Position numbers and translations under genes: made by a program. A stretch of DNA of 46,255 nucleotides from contig JAUZPZ010000002.1 of assembly GCA_030705675.1 (NCBI GenBank), positions 1 through 46,255 of the forward strand. The letters run 5' to 3'. The DNA is from Bacillota bacterium (lineage in GTDB: Bacteria > Bacillota > Clostridia > RUG12999). Of the stretch, positions 33,411 through 41,200 are shown one piece after another. Below the pieces are notes generated by a model. The model was not told the DNA's origin, searched no databases, and saw only the letters and a program-made list of their open reading frames with translations. The first letter of the stretch is position 1, and every line of letters starts with the position of its first letter.

Positions 33411-35334
33411 TTATATCGCCTCCCATCGCTCGGTTCACAATCTCAATCTGCTGTTCTTGTGAAAGCGCCTGGAATTCCTGCTGCTGTTCCGGTGTAAGCG
33501 AGGCGTAATACTGGTCTACCGGGTGACTACCTTGTGTTGCTGTCTGCTGTTGCATTGATTCCTTTTCCTGCTCTCTTTTTAGAATTGCAGAAGCCATAGG
33601 CACTCCTACGCTGTCAGCTAGCATCCAATATTCGACTGGGTCGAGTTTATTGCTGTTGTTTGCAAAGTCCATAATCGAACGTTTATCCCTTGGGATGCCA
33701 CTGTCTATGGATATTCGGATTGAATACTCCGGATAATACCATTCACCCGCATCGTCTTGTTTTATAAGCTTAGACTTGTCAAAGTATCCGTACATCGGCT
33801 TGCCGTCTTTGCCGTCTACCCTGTACGGTCTGCGGTCGTCGTAAAACGCAAGAATAAAATCATAGTACAGTTGATACAGTTCGGTAAAAGCGATGTTTTT
33901 TTCAAACGCTTTGACGCCCAATCTGCCGGCGGTATTAGCGGCCAAAGTTTCTAATGCCTTGCCTGACAAATTAGCGCCGCCGTCTGTTCTGCCCTGTGAC
34001 GCTTCGGTGACTCCAAGCGCGTCTTTTGCGGCCTGTTCCATAACATTGAAGTATTCGAGCAAACTCTGGTCGGGAGTCTTAAGATCAACAACTTTAATAT
34101 CTCCGTTCGGGTCGTCAGTTTCAAGAATCTGTGTAACGGAATTGTTCAGTTTGTTAATAAGCCCGGAACCTTTCCGGACAAATATTTTAGTCTGTCCTTT
34201 CATAAGACGTTCTTCATGGTTTGAAAGAACCTTTTTAATTGCTTCCTGCTGATCGTAAATAATGTCAGGGTCAGCTTTGCCGTAATATGACTTTTCTTTC
34301 GGCACGTTGTACTGAATGACAAACGGAAATCTTTTGGGAACATGGGCCGGAACTTTTGCTATATTGGTTTCTTCAACGGTTACGTTTCCAAGTTCGTCCG
34401 TTTTGGTTATTTGATATGGCTTAACTTCTATTTCGTCAAACTCTATGATGTTGCCTTGCTCGTCACGCTTATAGAAAAACTTAGGTATATCTCTTATAAT
34501 TACGTCATTTATCCATGTAAGCAGACACACATCGCCGTCTTTGTCTTTGTACCAGCATTCAACAACAGAAACCTTATTGTTTTTTCTGTCTGTAGTAGAA
34601 TCCGCGACAGTAGAAGACAGATCATCAATGTTTGCGTGTTCCGTTCCATCGGTGTCTATAAGATCGCGCCACTCTTCGCCGTAAATTCTGCACACGTAAT
34701 CAATAGTACGGTTTTCAATGTGAAAGAGGTAATCCATATCCTTAACTTTGAATACTCCCGGCTGCGGAATTACATTTACCGGGTGCGGGTTAGTCGTTTC
34801 TATCGTTCCAATATACTTGTGCGCCTTAAAATTCGGGTTGTAGCCGACTTTATATATACAAAGGCTGTTCTTCTTGGTTATGCGCTCATTCTCCGACACA
34901 ATGCGTTCTAGGGCCGGTCTGTCGCCCATGTAGGTTAACATTCCCTCTATCATGTCGTTGCGTTCTGTCTCTGCCTGTTCATCCATGTCGTCAAATTCAC
35001 ATTGTTCAACGTTCGGCTTTGGAACAGTAACATCAATCTGGCTTTCGATAAGCTGAAATGTAAGATTTACAACCTGCCGGGCGTCTTTTGTGGTTTGCGA
35101 TACTCTGTCTCTGTCGCTTATCGGCAAACTGGCTTGAATATTGCTGCCTACCGCACGGGTTGAGTTATATTGAGCGTCCCACGCGGCACAATTGGCGCGA
35201 AATGTATCGTGTTCGCTGATTGCTCGCGTTAGTCGCTCTTTCCACTTCTCTATTTTTTCTTGGTCTTGTCTCTCTTTTTCAACGGTGTCCATGTAGTCCC
35301 TCACCCTCTTTATCGCTTTTTGGAATATGTTCAT
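33403..35334 (-). CDS. Portal protein (putative)
   Basis: 643 aa; second gene downstream of terL (after the 35339-35734 ORF). The call rests on position and size. Confidence 0.65.
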   Translation of the reverse strand: MNIFQKAIKRVRDYMDTVEKERQDQEKIEKWKERLTRAISEHDTFRANCAAWDAQYNSTRAVGSNIQASLPISDRDRVSQTTKDARQVVNLTFQLIESQIDVTVPKPNVEQCEFDDMDEQAETERNDMIEGMLTYMGDRPALERIVSENERITKKNSLCIYKVGYNPNFKAHKYIGTIETTNPHPVNVIPQPGVFKVKDMDYLFHIENRTIDYVCRIYGEEWRDLIDTDGTEHANIDDLSSTVADSTTDRKNNKVSVVECWYKDKDGDVCLLTWINDVIIRDIPKFFYKRDEQGNIIEFDEIEVKPYQITKTDELGNVTVEETNIAKVPAHVPKRFPFVIQYNVPKEKSYYGKADPDIIYDQQEAIKKVLSNHEERLMKGQTKIFVRKGSGLINKLNNSVTQILETDDPNGDIKVVDLKTPDQSLLEYFNVMEQAAKDALGVTEASQGRTDGGANLSGKALETLAANTAGRLGVKAFEKNIAFTELYQLYYDFILAFYDDRRPYRVDGKDGKPMYGYFDKSKLIKQDDAGEWYYPEYSIRISIDSGIPRDKRSIMDFANNSNKLDPVEYWMLADSVGVPMASAILKREQEKESMQQQTATQGSHPVDQYYASLTPEQQQEFQALSQEQQIEIVNRAMGGDINA

Positions 35335-35338
35335 TCGA

Positions 35339-35734
35339 TCACCTGCTCTTGTTTAAATGCTCGGCGACAGAATAGAGACTCACAAACGTTTTCCCACCAT
35401 TTCGTTTGACCATTTCCGAAACCTGACCAACGGAACGTCTCTGCCATTCCGTAAAAAATAGTCCGTCGTCCTCGTCGAGTACGCAAAATAAAGTTTTCTC
35501 AGGTCTTTTATTACTATCGTCTGCAACTTCCGCAATGCTATATACGCCCGTCATTTTGGGCGTGATTGTGTAAAGGCAAAAGTCGCACGTTTCTCTTTGC
35601 TTCCTCTCTTCTGCCATACATTCGGGTGTCCAATCTTCTGCCACTGGGTTGAAGTAGTCTATCTTGAGCATCGATATTAAGTCGTTTCTCCATGTGCTTT
35701 CGTTGCAAGTCCCACCTAAAAATACTTTTTTCAC
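35339..35734 (-). CDS. Nucleoside 2-deoxyribosyltransferase-like protein
   Basis: KVFLGGTCNESTWRNDLISMLKIDYFNP...DFCLYTITPKMTGVYSIAEV pattern. GGGAGGA RBS with a GTG at 35734, 2 nt after the terL stop. Confidence 0.65.
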   Translation of the reverse strand: MKKVFLGGTCNESTWRNDLISMLKIDYFNPVAEDWTPECMAEERKQRETCDFCLYTITPKMTGVYSIAEVADDSNKRPEKTLFCVLDEDDGLFFTEWQRRSVGQVSEMVKRNGGKTFVSLYSVAEHLNKSR

Positions 35735-35736
35735 TT

Positions 35737-37254
35737 CTATATCCTCCCATGCTCCGCAAGCCACATTCTAAGGGCTTCCGGCTCGTTTATCAGGTCTTGC
35801 TTGAGGTCTTCGGGTAGATTGTCGGGGATCTCGACTGTTAGGTCGTGTTCTCTGACATACATAAACCTCGTTAAAGCCTGAGACATGCAGTCAACTTGAT
35901 CGTCGTGCGCTCCGTTTGGAAATGACGAGCATTCCTCGACGAAAGCATTTGTAAACGGCGCGTTCATTGGTAAATGCACGTTACCGGCTTCTATCAATGG
36001 CGATACTGCCGATACTCTGGCTTGTTTGCTTTCCTTTGGAGTGATGGCTATAATGCCGCCGACTTTATGCCGTAGCATGGCGATTACTGCGCTACCGTTT
36101 GCTTTGTCTTCTACTAGTTTTGTTGTGGCTGTTGGGTGTTTCTTTGTCATATCAAGAAACGCTTGTACGGTAGACGGGAAGTCCATTCTTGCCCTTGTTT
36201 GGTCTATAAGATAAATATCTGCTCCATATGACCCCCACACCTGTCCGACAACATAGTCGCTCCCGTCGGTGTCTTTGAATGTCATATCCCATGATTGCAG
36301 AAGCCTGTCAAATTTCCTCGGCAATTCGGTGTAATATTTCCACCACTCGCGCTTGATCATGTTGCCCTCAACCGCTGACGGTTTGCCCTGAAAAAGCGCT
36401 AACCATGCCCTGTTGCCCTCTTGCGTTTGATAGCCTTGCTTAAACTCGCCAAGCCATTTATTGTCTTTGCCGATCTCCGGAAATAAAGAATCTCCCACAG
36501 CGCGGCCTAAAGGGTCATTTTCTTCGGCTTCGCAAGGGAGATTTATAATGGTTACGTTTTTTTCGTTTTGAATAATGCGTCCTGCAAGATCGTCTTCATG
36601 CCAGCGGGTCATAATAACTATAATCTTTGCGCTGGCTGCAAGTCTTGTCTTAATAGTGTTCAGCCATTCTTCCCATTGCCGGTCACGGTATGTATCGGAA
36701 TCAGCTTCCTGCCTGTTTTTAACGGGGTCGTCTATAATAATGAGATTGGCTGGATTTGACGTAATGCCGGACATAATACCGCGACTTATCATTGCTCCCT
36801 GATGCCCTGCAATTTCAAAGTCTGTGGCGCGGTCTACGTCGCCTATCTTAATTCCCCATACTTTGGTGCCAACATCTTTTATCTTGCTTTTGTTACGTCT
36901 GCAAAACCGTTCTGCTGTATCGTCGTTGTATGAGGCCAGAATCACTCTGTTTTCCGGGTACTTCCCCAAATACCAGGACGGTAATGTTTCCGTTACGGTC
37001 ATTGACTTTCCATGTTGCGGAGGGCATTGCAAAATCAAGATGTCAAATGCATGGCCTGTATTTGTTTCTATAAACGATTGAATGCTGTTACATATAAATT
37101 CAAGGTGTTTTGCCCTTGCCCATTGGCTTTTCTTACTGCCGGTAGGCCGATGCGCATATTCCACATAAAAGGCGTATTCTTTCCGGCAAAGTTCAATCTC
37201 CGCAATTGGGGCAAGAGCTTTTAATATTCGCTTGTCTTTTTCTGAAAGGCTCAT
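35737..37254 (-). CDS. terL: Terminase large subunit
   Basis: Walker A QCPPQHGKSMT, Walker B LIIIDDP, TRWHEDDL, and a C-terminal nuclease region. Confidence 0.9.
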   Translation of the reverse strand: MSLSEKDKRILKALAPIAEIELCRKEYAFYVEYAHRPTGSKKSQWARAKHLEFICNSIQSFIETNTGHAFDILILQCPPQHGKSMTVTETLPSWYLGKYPENRVILASYNDDTAERFCRRNKSKIKDVGTKVWGIKIGDVDRATDFEIAGHQGAMISRGIMSGITSNPANLIIIDDPVKNRQEADSDTYRDRQWEEWLNTIKTRLAASAKIIVIMTRWHEDDLAGRIIQNEKNVTIINLPCEAEENDPLGRAVGDSLFPEIGKDNKWLGEFKQGYQTQEGNRAWLALFQGKPSAVEGNMIKREWWKYYTELPRKFDRLLQSWDMTFKDTDGSDYVVGQVWGSYGADIYLIDQTRARMDFPSTVQAFLDMTKKHPTATTKLVEDKANGSAVIAMLRHKVGGIIAITPKESKQARVSAVSPLIEAGNVHLPMNAPFTNAFVEECSSFPNGAHDDQVDCMSQALTRFMYVREHDLTVEIPDNLPEDLKQDLINEPEALRMWLAEHGRI

Positions 37255-37781
37255 GTTTCACCTTTAATTTCTTTGGCTTTTCCTTTTTTGATCAACTTCG
37301 TAGAAATAAAATAGCCCTCGTCCGTACTGGACAAAAGGCTATTGTCTTTCATTGTTTTTAACAGACCGTTTAACTTTTTGTTGCTGTATTTGAATATATC
37401 CCGTAAATCCTTGTATTTAAGCGGTTCTTTGCTTCGAGGGTCAATCAACTTCCCTGTTCCCCATTCAACGTATCTTCCCAAATGCAAAATACAACCCAAC
37501 GCTTCATCTATTCCCGGAACATCTTTTTCATACAGCTTTTCAATCTCGCTTGTCATTAACATTATGTAAGGTTTTTTACCGCCCGTATGTTTAGGCGGTG
37601 GGTTTTCTTTCTTCTGCTCTTTCTTTGGGTTATACCAGAAAGAATACAAAGGCTCTGCCGAGTCCGTTTCTTTTATGCTGATAAACTGAAATCCGTTAGG
37701 CGTTGCTTCCCTTGAAACAATTACATTAATCTTTGCAACGTTGGAATCTCCATTGAGAAAATCAAGCAATTCCTTATCCAT
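37251..37781 (-). CDS. Winged-helix-like protein translationally coupled to terL (function unknown)
   Basis: AAGGTG RBS. Its stop overlaps the terL start (ATGA-type overlap). Confidence 0.5.
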   Translation of the reverse strand: MDKELLDFLNGDSNVAKINVIVSREATPNGFQFISIKETDSAEPLYSFWYNPKKEQKKENPPPKHTGGKKPYIMLMTSEIEKLYEKDVPGIDEALGCILHLGRYVEWGTGKLIDPRSKEPLKYKDLRDIFKYSNKKLNGLLKTMKDNSLLSSTDEGYFISTKLIKKGKAKEIKGET

Positions 37782-38040
37782 GAATCACACCTTTTTAATC
37801 TGTTTTACAGGTAAAAGTTAGGTGTAAAAAGTGCACCTAAGCAAAATGGCATCTAAGCATACAGCCTCTAAGCGTACAAGGTTTTGCCCATGTAATTCGT
37901 TTAAATACTACGTTTAAGCTGTTTTCTTAAAGTCTTAATTTTTCAAAATTTTCATATTTGGACGGAGGGCAATATTCAGTACCCCCACCCCGTGTTTTTC
38001 CAAGGTGCCATCTACCCATGCCTCATTATTTTATTTGTGT

Positions 38041-38096
38041 CTGCACGACGGCATCCGGAAGACAAGTGCAGCGCACCACCCAACCAGGCAGTGCGC
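38041..38096. other. Two adjacent perfect hairpins in a GC-rich patch of a 480-nt intergenic region
   Basis: CTGCAC...GTGCAG (38041-38071) and GCGCAC...GTGCGC (38071-38096). Confidence 0.6.
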
Positions 38097-38262
38097 CACA
38101 TCGTATATAGGAAGGAGGAAAGCAACAAAAAATGTACTTCCTGCGGTGGACTTTTTACCGAAAAAAGCACAAAATCAATATTTAGTATGTATTTATAGTT
38201 TTAACCACAATATATTGTAATTTGAATTGAACAAAATTATCATTTTGTATAAGTCGCTAATG

Positions 38263-38661
38263 CTAACTGTTTTTTTCGGCTTGTTTTAACAGGTCTTTAA
38301 GCTGATCGGGTGTTAATCCTTTTAATGCCGGCGGAAGTTCCATATTCTGCGTAACCTCGGCTTGTACCGTCGTTTTGTCGGCAAAACCATGACAAGGCTG
38401 GATTAAGCGCAAACGGACGATATTCCCATCTAATGTTTTGCTTTTTGTCCCCTGCTTGAGCAAGTAAACGCGCTGTTTTTCTATCGCACGCGTGATCGTG
38501 TCGGTTAATTGTTCATTATCTTTAGCTAATTCATAGATATATTGTCTGTTAACCCTATAATTAATAGCGAATTCTTCTATTAATGGATCATCGGTATTAT
38601 CAATATATAAATTAAACTTAGCTATAAGATCATCAATATTTATTTCTTTAGGTCTAGCCAT
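38263..38661 (-). CDS. terS: Terminase small subunit (gp3-packaging-type)
   Basis: MARPKEINIDDLIAKFNLYI...EFAINYRVNRQYIYELAK...IVRLRLIQPCHGFADK pattern seen in small terminases of Firmicutes phages. Confidence 0.6.
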   Translation of the reverse strand: MARPKEINIDDLIAKFNLYIDNTDDPLIEEFAINYRVNRQYIYELAKDNEQLTDTITRAIEKQRVYLLKQGTKSKTLDGNIVRLRLIQPCHGFADKTTVQAEVTQNMELPPALKGLTPDQLKDLLKQAEKNS

Positions 38662-38821
38662 GTATATCAACCCTTTCTAATAATTAACTAATAATTAAAT
38701 AATATAACTAGCACGGTTTCTTTTTCTTACCCATAAATAATACCTCTCTTTGGCTTTATGGATTTTTACTTTTTTGTCAAATATGCACAATAATATTTTT
38801 TATTTTTGTTTATTTTGATGC

Positions 38822-38850
38822 TTGCAATCTGCTATACAATGGGATATACT
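38822..38850 (+). promoter_or_regulatory. Promoter TTGCAA-17-TATACT for the first plus-strand island operon
   Basis: -35 at 38822-38827 and -10 at 38845-38850. Confidence 0.6.
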
Positions 38851-38885
38851 ACAATCACAAACAAAATTTGACGGAGGTAATAACG

Positions 38886-39215
38886 ATGGCAGACGCTATT
38901 AAAGCATTAGAGGCAAAGGGTTATATTGTTAAGGCGTACGAAAACAGATCAGCCGGGATATTAAGTGAGACTTGCCCGATAGTGTACGAGATAATGCGTC
39001 CTGACTACAGCCCGGTATACGGTGCTAACGCCGTATCTCCTGACAATCTTGTCAATTGGCTTTTCCTCCGTGACTTAAATGCCAAAGCTCGCAGCGCAGA
39101 AGCTCATCCCACTTTTGATGCAAAAAAAGATGCCGAGCGTATGGCAAAAGAGCGTGGATGGGATAATATCTATAACGAGGGTGCCGAAGGCTATAACCCT
39201 TATAGGGGGCAATAA
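38886..39215 (+). CDS. Hypothetical island protein
   Basis: GGAGG RBS 7 nt before the ATG at 38886; 109 aa. Confidence 0.55.
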   Translation: MADAIKALEAKGYIVKAYENRSAGILSETCPIVYEIMRPDYSPVYGANAVSPDNLVNWLFLRDLNAKARSAEAHPTFDAKKDAERMAKERGWDNIYNEGAEGYNPYRGQ

Positions 39216-39217
39216 TT

Positions 39218-39556
39218 ATGAGCAAAGTTTATCAGATCAGCATCCGCACGACCGACGAGATAAAAACAATCCTGGAGCAACAAGCCGCCCAAAATCACCG
39301 CAGCATGGCGGGCCAGGTCGAGTATTTAATATTAAGACAAGAGAGAGAGGATAAAAACATGACAACAGTTATTAACGCATCCGGCGTAAAAATTGAATTT
39401 AATGCGGCGGTTAATCTAATGGATGATGGCATCAGAGAGGATTTGCACCGCATAGGTTATGCCACCGAGCAGGACTTTTTCGCGGCTTATGAAAAAGCGC
39501 ACAAAGCGAAATTTGGCGCAGATTGGGAGCTAAGCAAATCAAATCCAGTTTGGTAA
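39218..39556 (+). CDS. Arc/CopG-type ribbon-helix-helix domain fused in frame to a small conserved domain
   Basis: N-terminus ISIRTTDEIKTILEQQAAQNHRSMAGQVEYLI (RHH). Internal GAGAGAGGA RBS with an ATG at 39359. Confidence 0.6.
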   Translation: MSKVYQISIRTTDEIKTILEQQAAQNHRSMAGQVEYLILRQEREDKNMTTVINASGVKIEFNAAVNLMDDGIREDLHRIGYATEQDFFAAYEKAHKAKFGADWELSKSNPVW

Positions 39557-39583
39557 ATAAAACATACGCCTATAAGAGAAGAA

Positions 39584-39614
39584 CCTCCTATTTGGGAGGC
39601 TCTTTCGTATTTTC
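39584..39614 (+). terminator. Terminator shared by convergent island operons
   Basis: CCTCCT-ATTT-GGGAGG hairpin followed by a T-rich tract. Confidence 0.5.
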
Positions 39615-39761
39615 ATATTGATTTATATTCTTTTGATATTCAGCAATCTTTTTCTTTTCTTCTTCCGTTGGCTTATATTGCATTAAATCTTCCGGATTAA
39701 AGTTGGGGTCTGGCTTTGCACCAATAGCGATCAAAAATTCTTCTTCCGTTAAAACTCCCAT
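39588..39761 (-). CDS. Hypothetical 57-aa protein (below the track cutoff)
   Basis: ATG directly after the stop of 39762-39935 (TAAATG). Confidence 0.45.
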   Translation of the reverse strand: MGVLTEEEFLIAIGAKPDPNFNPEDLMQYKPTEEEKKKIAEYQKNINQYENTKEPPK

Positions 39762-39935
39762 TTAATCTTTTCCTCCGTTCATGTCCTGGTCGATCAACTT
39801 GTTAATATATTCGCCCGGATTCTGCCCTGATCTGGATTTAATTATATCCTTATATCCTTTCGGCAATCTCAATAATATTCTATCCTGCCGCTTTTCCCAT
39901 TCTGCATTAGCCTTTCGCTTTGCATCAGTAGACAT
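39762..39935 (-). CDS. Ribbon-helix-helix (Arc/CopG-like) regulator
   Basis: GAGAGGTGA RBS. RKANAEWEKRQDRILLRLPKGYKDIIKS RHH-like N-terminus. Confidence 0.55.
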   Translation of the reverse strand: MSTDAKRKANAEWEKRQDRILLRLPKGYKDIIKSRSGQNPGEYINKLIDQDMNGGKD

Positions 39936-39970
39936 ATAATCACCTCTCGGCAATTATATCACATCCTTTT

Positions 39971-40046
39971 ACACGTTACCATGTACAGAATCACCAAATA
40001 CACGATATCAACTTTGTAACATCTGCATATTGTAATACACGTTATC
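39971..40046. promoter_or_regulatory. Three TACACG(T/A)TA(Y)C operator-like repeats
   Basis: Copies at 39971-39980, 40000-40009 and 40037-40046. The last is the palindrome ACACGTTATCGTGT. Confidence 0.55.
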
Positions 40047-40058
40047 GTGTGCTATCAT
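40030..40058 (+). promoter_or_regulatory. Promoter TTGTAA-17-TATCAT
   Basis: The palindromic operator lies in the spacer. Confidence 0.5.
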
Positions 40059-40095
40059 GTAATCACAAACCAAAAAACGAAAGGGGCTAAACACA

Positions 40096-40323
40096 ATGAC
40101 AAAAACAGAATTTAACCAGAAAGCAATTAACATGCTTAAGGGATTATCAATAACAAAACTCATTGAACTTTGGAACTTGGCCGACAAAATGGAGCTTACT
40201 GAAGAAGTCGTCAAAACTCGCGGATGGTTAATGGATGCTCTTGAAGCAAAGAATCCCGAAGCCTTTAATAAATGGATTGAAAACTGCGACACTGACGATA
40301 ACCTTGAACATTATTTCTGTTAA
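40096..40323 (+). CDS. Hypothetical island protein
   Basis: 75-aa ORF, first gene of the second plus-strand operon. Confidence 0.55.
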   Translation: MTKTEFNQKAINMLKGLSITKLIELWNLADKMELTEEVVKTRGWLMDALEAKNPEAFNKWIENCDTDDNLEHYFC

Positions 40324-40407
40324 ACCCCCGCCTGACGATGACTGCCGGTAACAGTCGAAACGCCGAAAGGCGTCGCGGGAACCAAAACACGAACGGAGGA
40401 TTTGAAA

Positions 40408-40635
40408 ATGGAAATGAGCGCACTCACTCAAAAAAATAAAGACGGTGTATATATTTACGGCACAAAAGAACTCTATCACTTATTAATGCAGGAAAAAAAA
40501 TTTAAAAAATCCGAAATATTAGAATTTGTAAAATTCAAATCAGAAAGAAAACGCGATTTCGACTATCTGAAAAGGTGCAATTTGATTTCATATCATTTGC
40601 TCAACGGATATTGGGAATCTGTATACAAGGTTTAA
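40408..40635 (+). CDS. Hypothetical island protein
   Basis: GGAGGA RBS 7 nt before the ATG at 40408. Confidence 0.55.
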   Translation: MEMSALTQKNKDGVYIYGTKELYHLLMQEKKFKKSEILEFVKFKSERKRDFDYLKRCNLISYHLLNGYWESVYKV

Positions 40636-40711
40636 CTAACCCCCTCACGGGGTCTGCGGATCACAAAATTCTTGCAAAATCTGTAAAATTTGATAAAATT
40701 ATTAGAAGGAA

Positions 40712-40891
40712 ATGAAAATGATGAAACGCAAAACATATTACAATGTTCTAAGAGCCGCAAAACTAATCCGCGCAAAGGGTTATGACGAACAAACATCATA
40801 CCAAATAGCATTACAATGCTTTGATAACATGGAACAGAGCAAGAACGGAATGAGCGTAGAGTGGTGGATTGATAAAATAGTTCGCGCTTGA
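40712..40891 (+). CDS. Hypothetical 59-aa island protein (below the track cutoff)
   Basis: MKMMKRKTYYNVLRAAKLIRAKGYDEQTSYQIALQCFDNMEQSKNGMSVEWWIDKIVRA; fills a gap between ORFs. Confidence 0.5.
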   Translation: MKMMKRKTYYNVLRAAKLIRAKGYDEQTSYQIALQCFDNMEQSKNGMSVEWWIDKIVRA

Positions 40892-40917
40892 AACCGCACT
40901 GTAGAAAGGATAAGACG

Positions 40918-41151
40918 ATGAATGGTTGGTTTCTAGGTGTTTGCGGCGAATATCAAAATGATTCACGCGAAAGCAGAATGTCCCAAAAGTATCACTACTT
41001 CGAGAATAACGAATCTTTTTGTGGCAGATACCAGCAGGCCACAGATTATTTTGAAAACGGTATAGAAAGTGGAACCATCCTTCATATCCCGCAACATGCA
41101 TGCCAAAAGTGTTATAAAAAATGGCTGCGTGAATTTCATATTGCAGAATAA
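40918..41151 (+). CDS. Hypothetical Cys-containing island protein
   Basis: AAAGGA RBS before the ATG at 40918. Confidence 0.5.
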   Translation: MNGWFLGVCGEYQNDSRESRMSQKYHYFENNESFCGRYQQATDYFENGIESGTILHIPQHACQKCYKKWLREFHIAE

Positions 41152-41174
41152 TTTAATCAGCTAATAACATAAAA

Positions 41175-41197
41175 GGCACCCCAACGGGTGTCTTTTT
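41175..41197. terminator. Rho-independent terminator between convergent genes
   Basis: GGCACCC-CAAC-GGGTGTC hairpin followed by TTTTT. An A-run on the other side serves the minus strand. Confidence 0.7.
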
Positions 41198-41200
41198 CTT

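Noticed and set aside
35538-35759. Alternative-frame ORF inside the NDT-like gene.
   Set aside because: It lies on the same strand, fully overlaps a motif-supported frame, and has an Arg-rich shadow-frame composition.
38132-38185. A 17-aa plus-strand ORF (MYFLRWTFYRKKHKINI) preceded by GGAAGGAGGAAA in the terS intergenic region.
   Set aside because: The spacing from GGAGG to the ATG is 13 nt, no promoter was seen, and the peptide is not hydrophobic or toxin-like. The purine tract is more simply part of the structured element.
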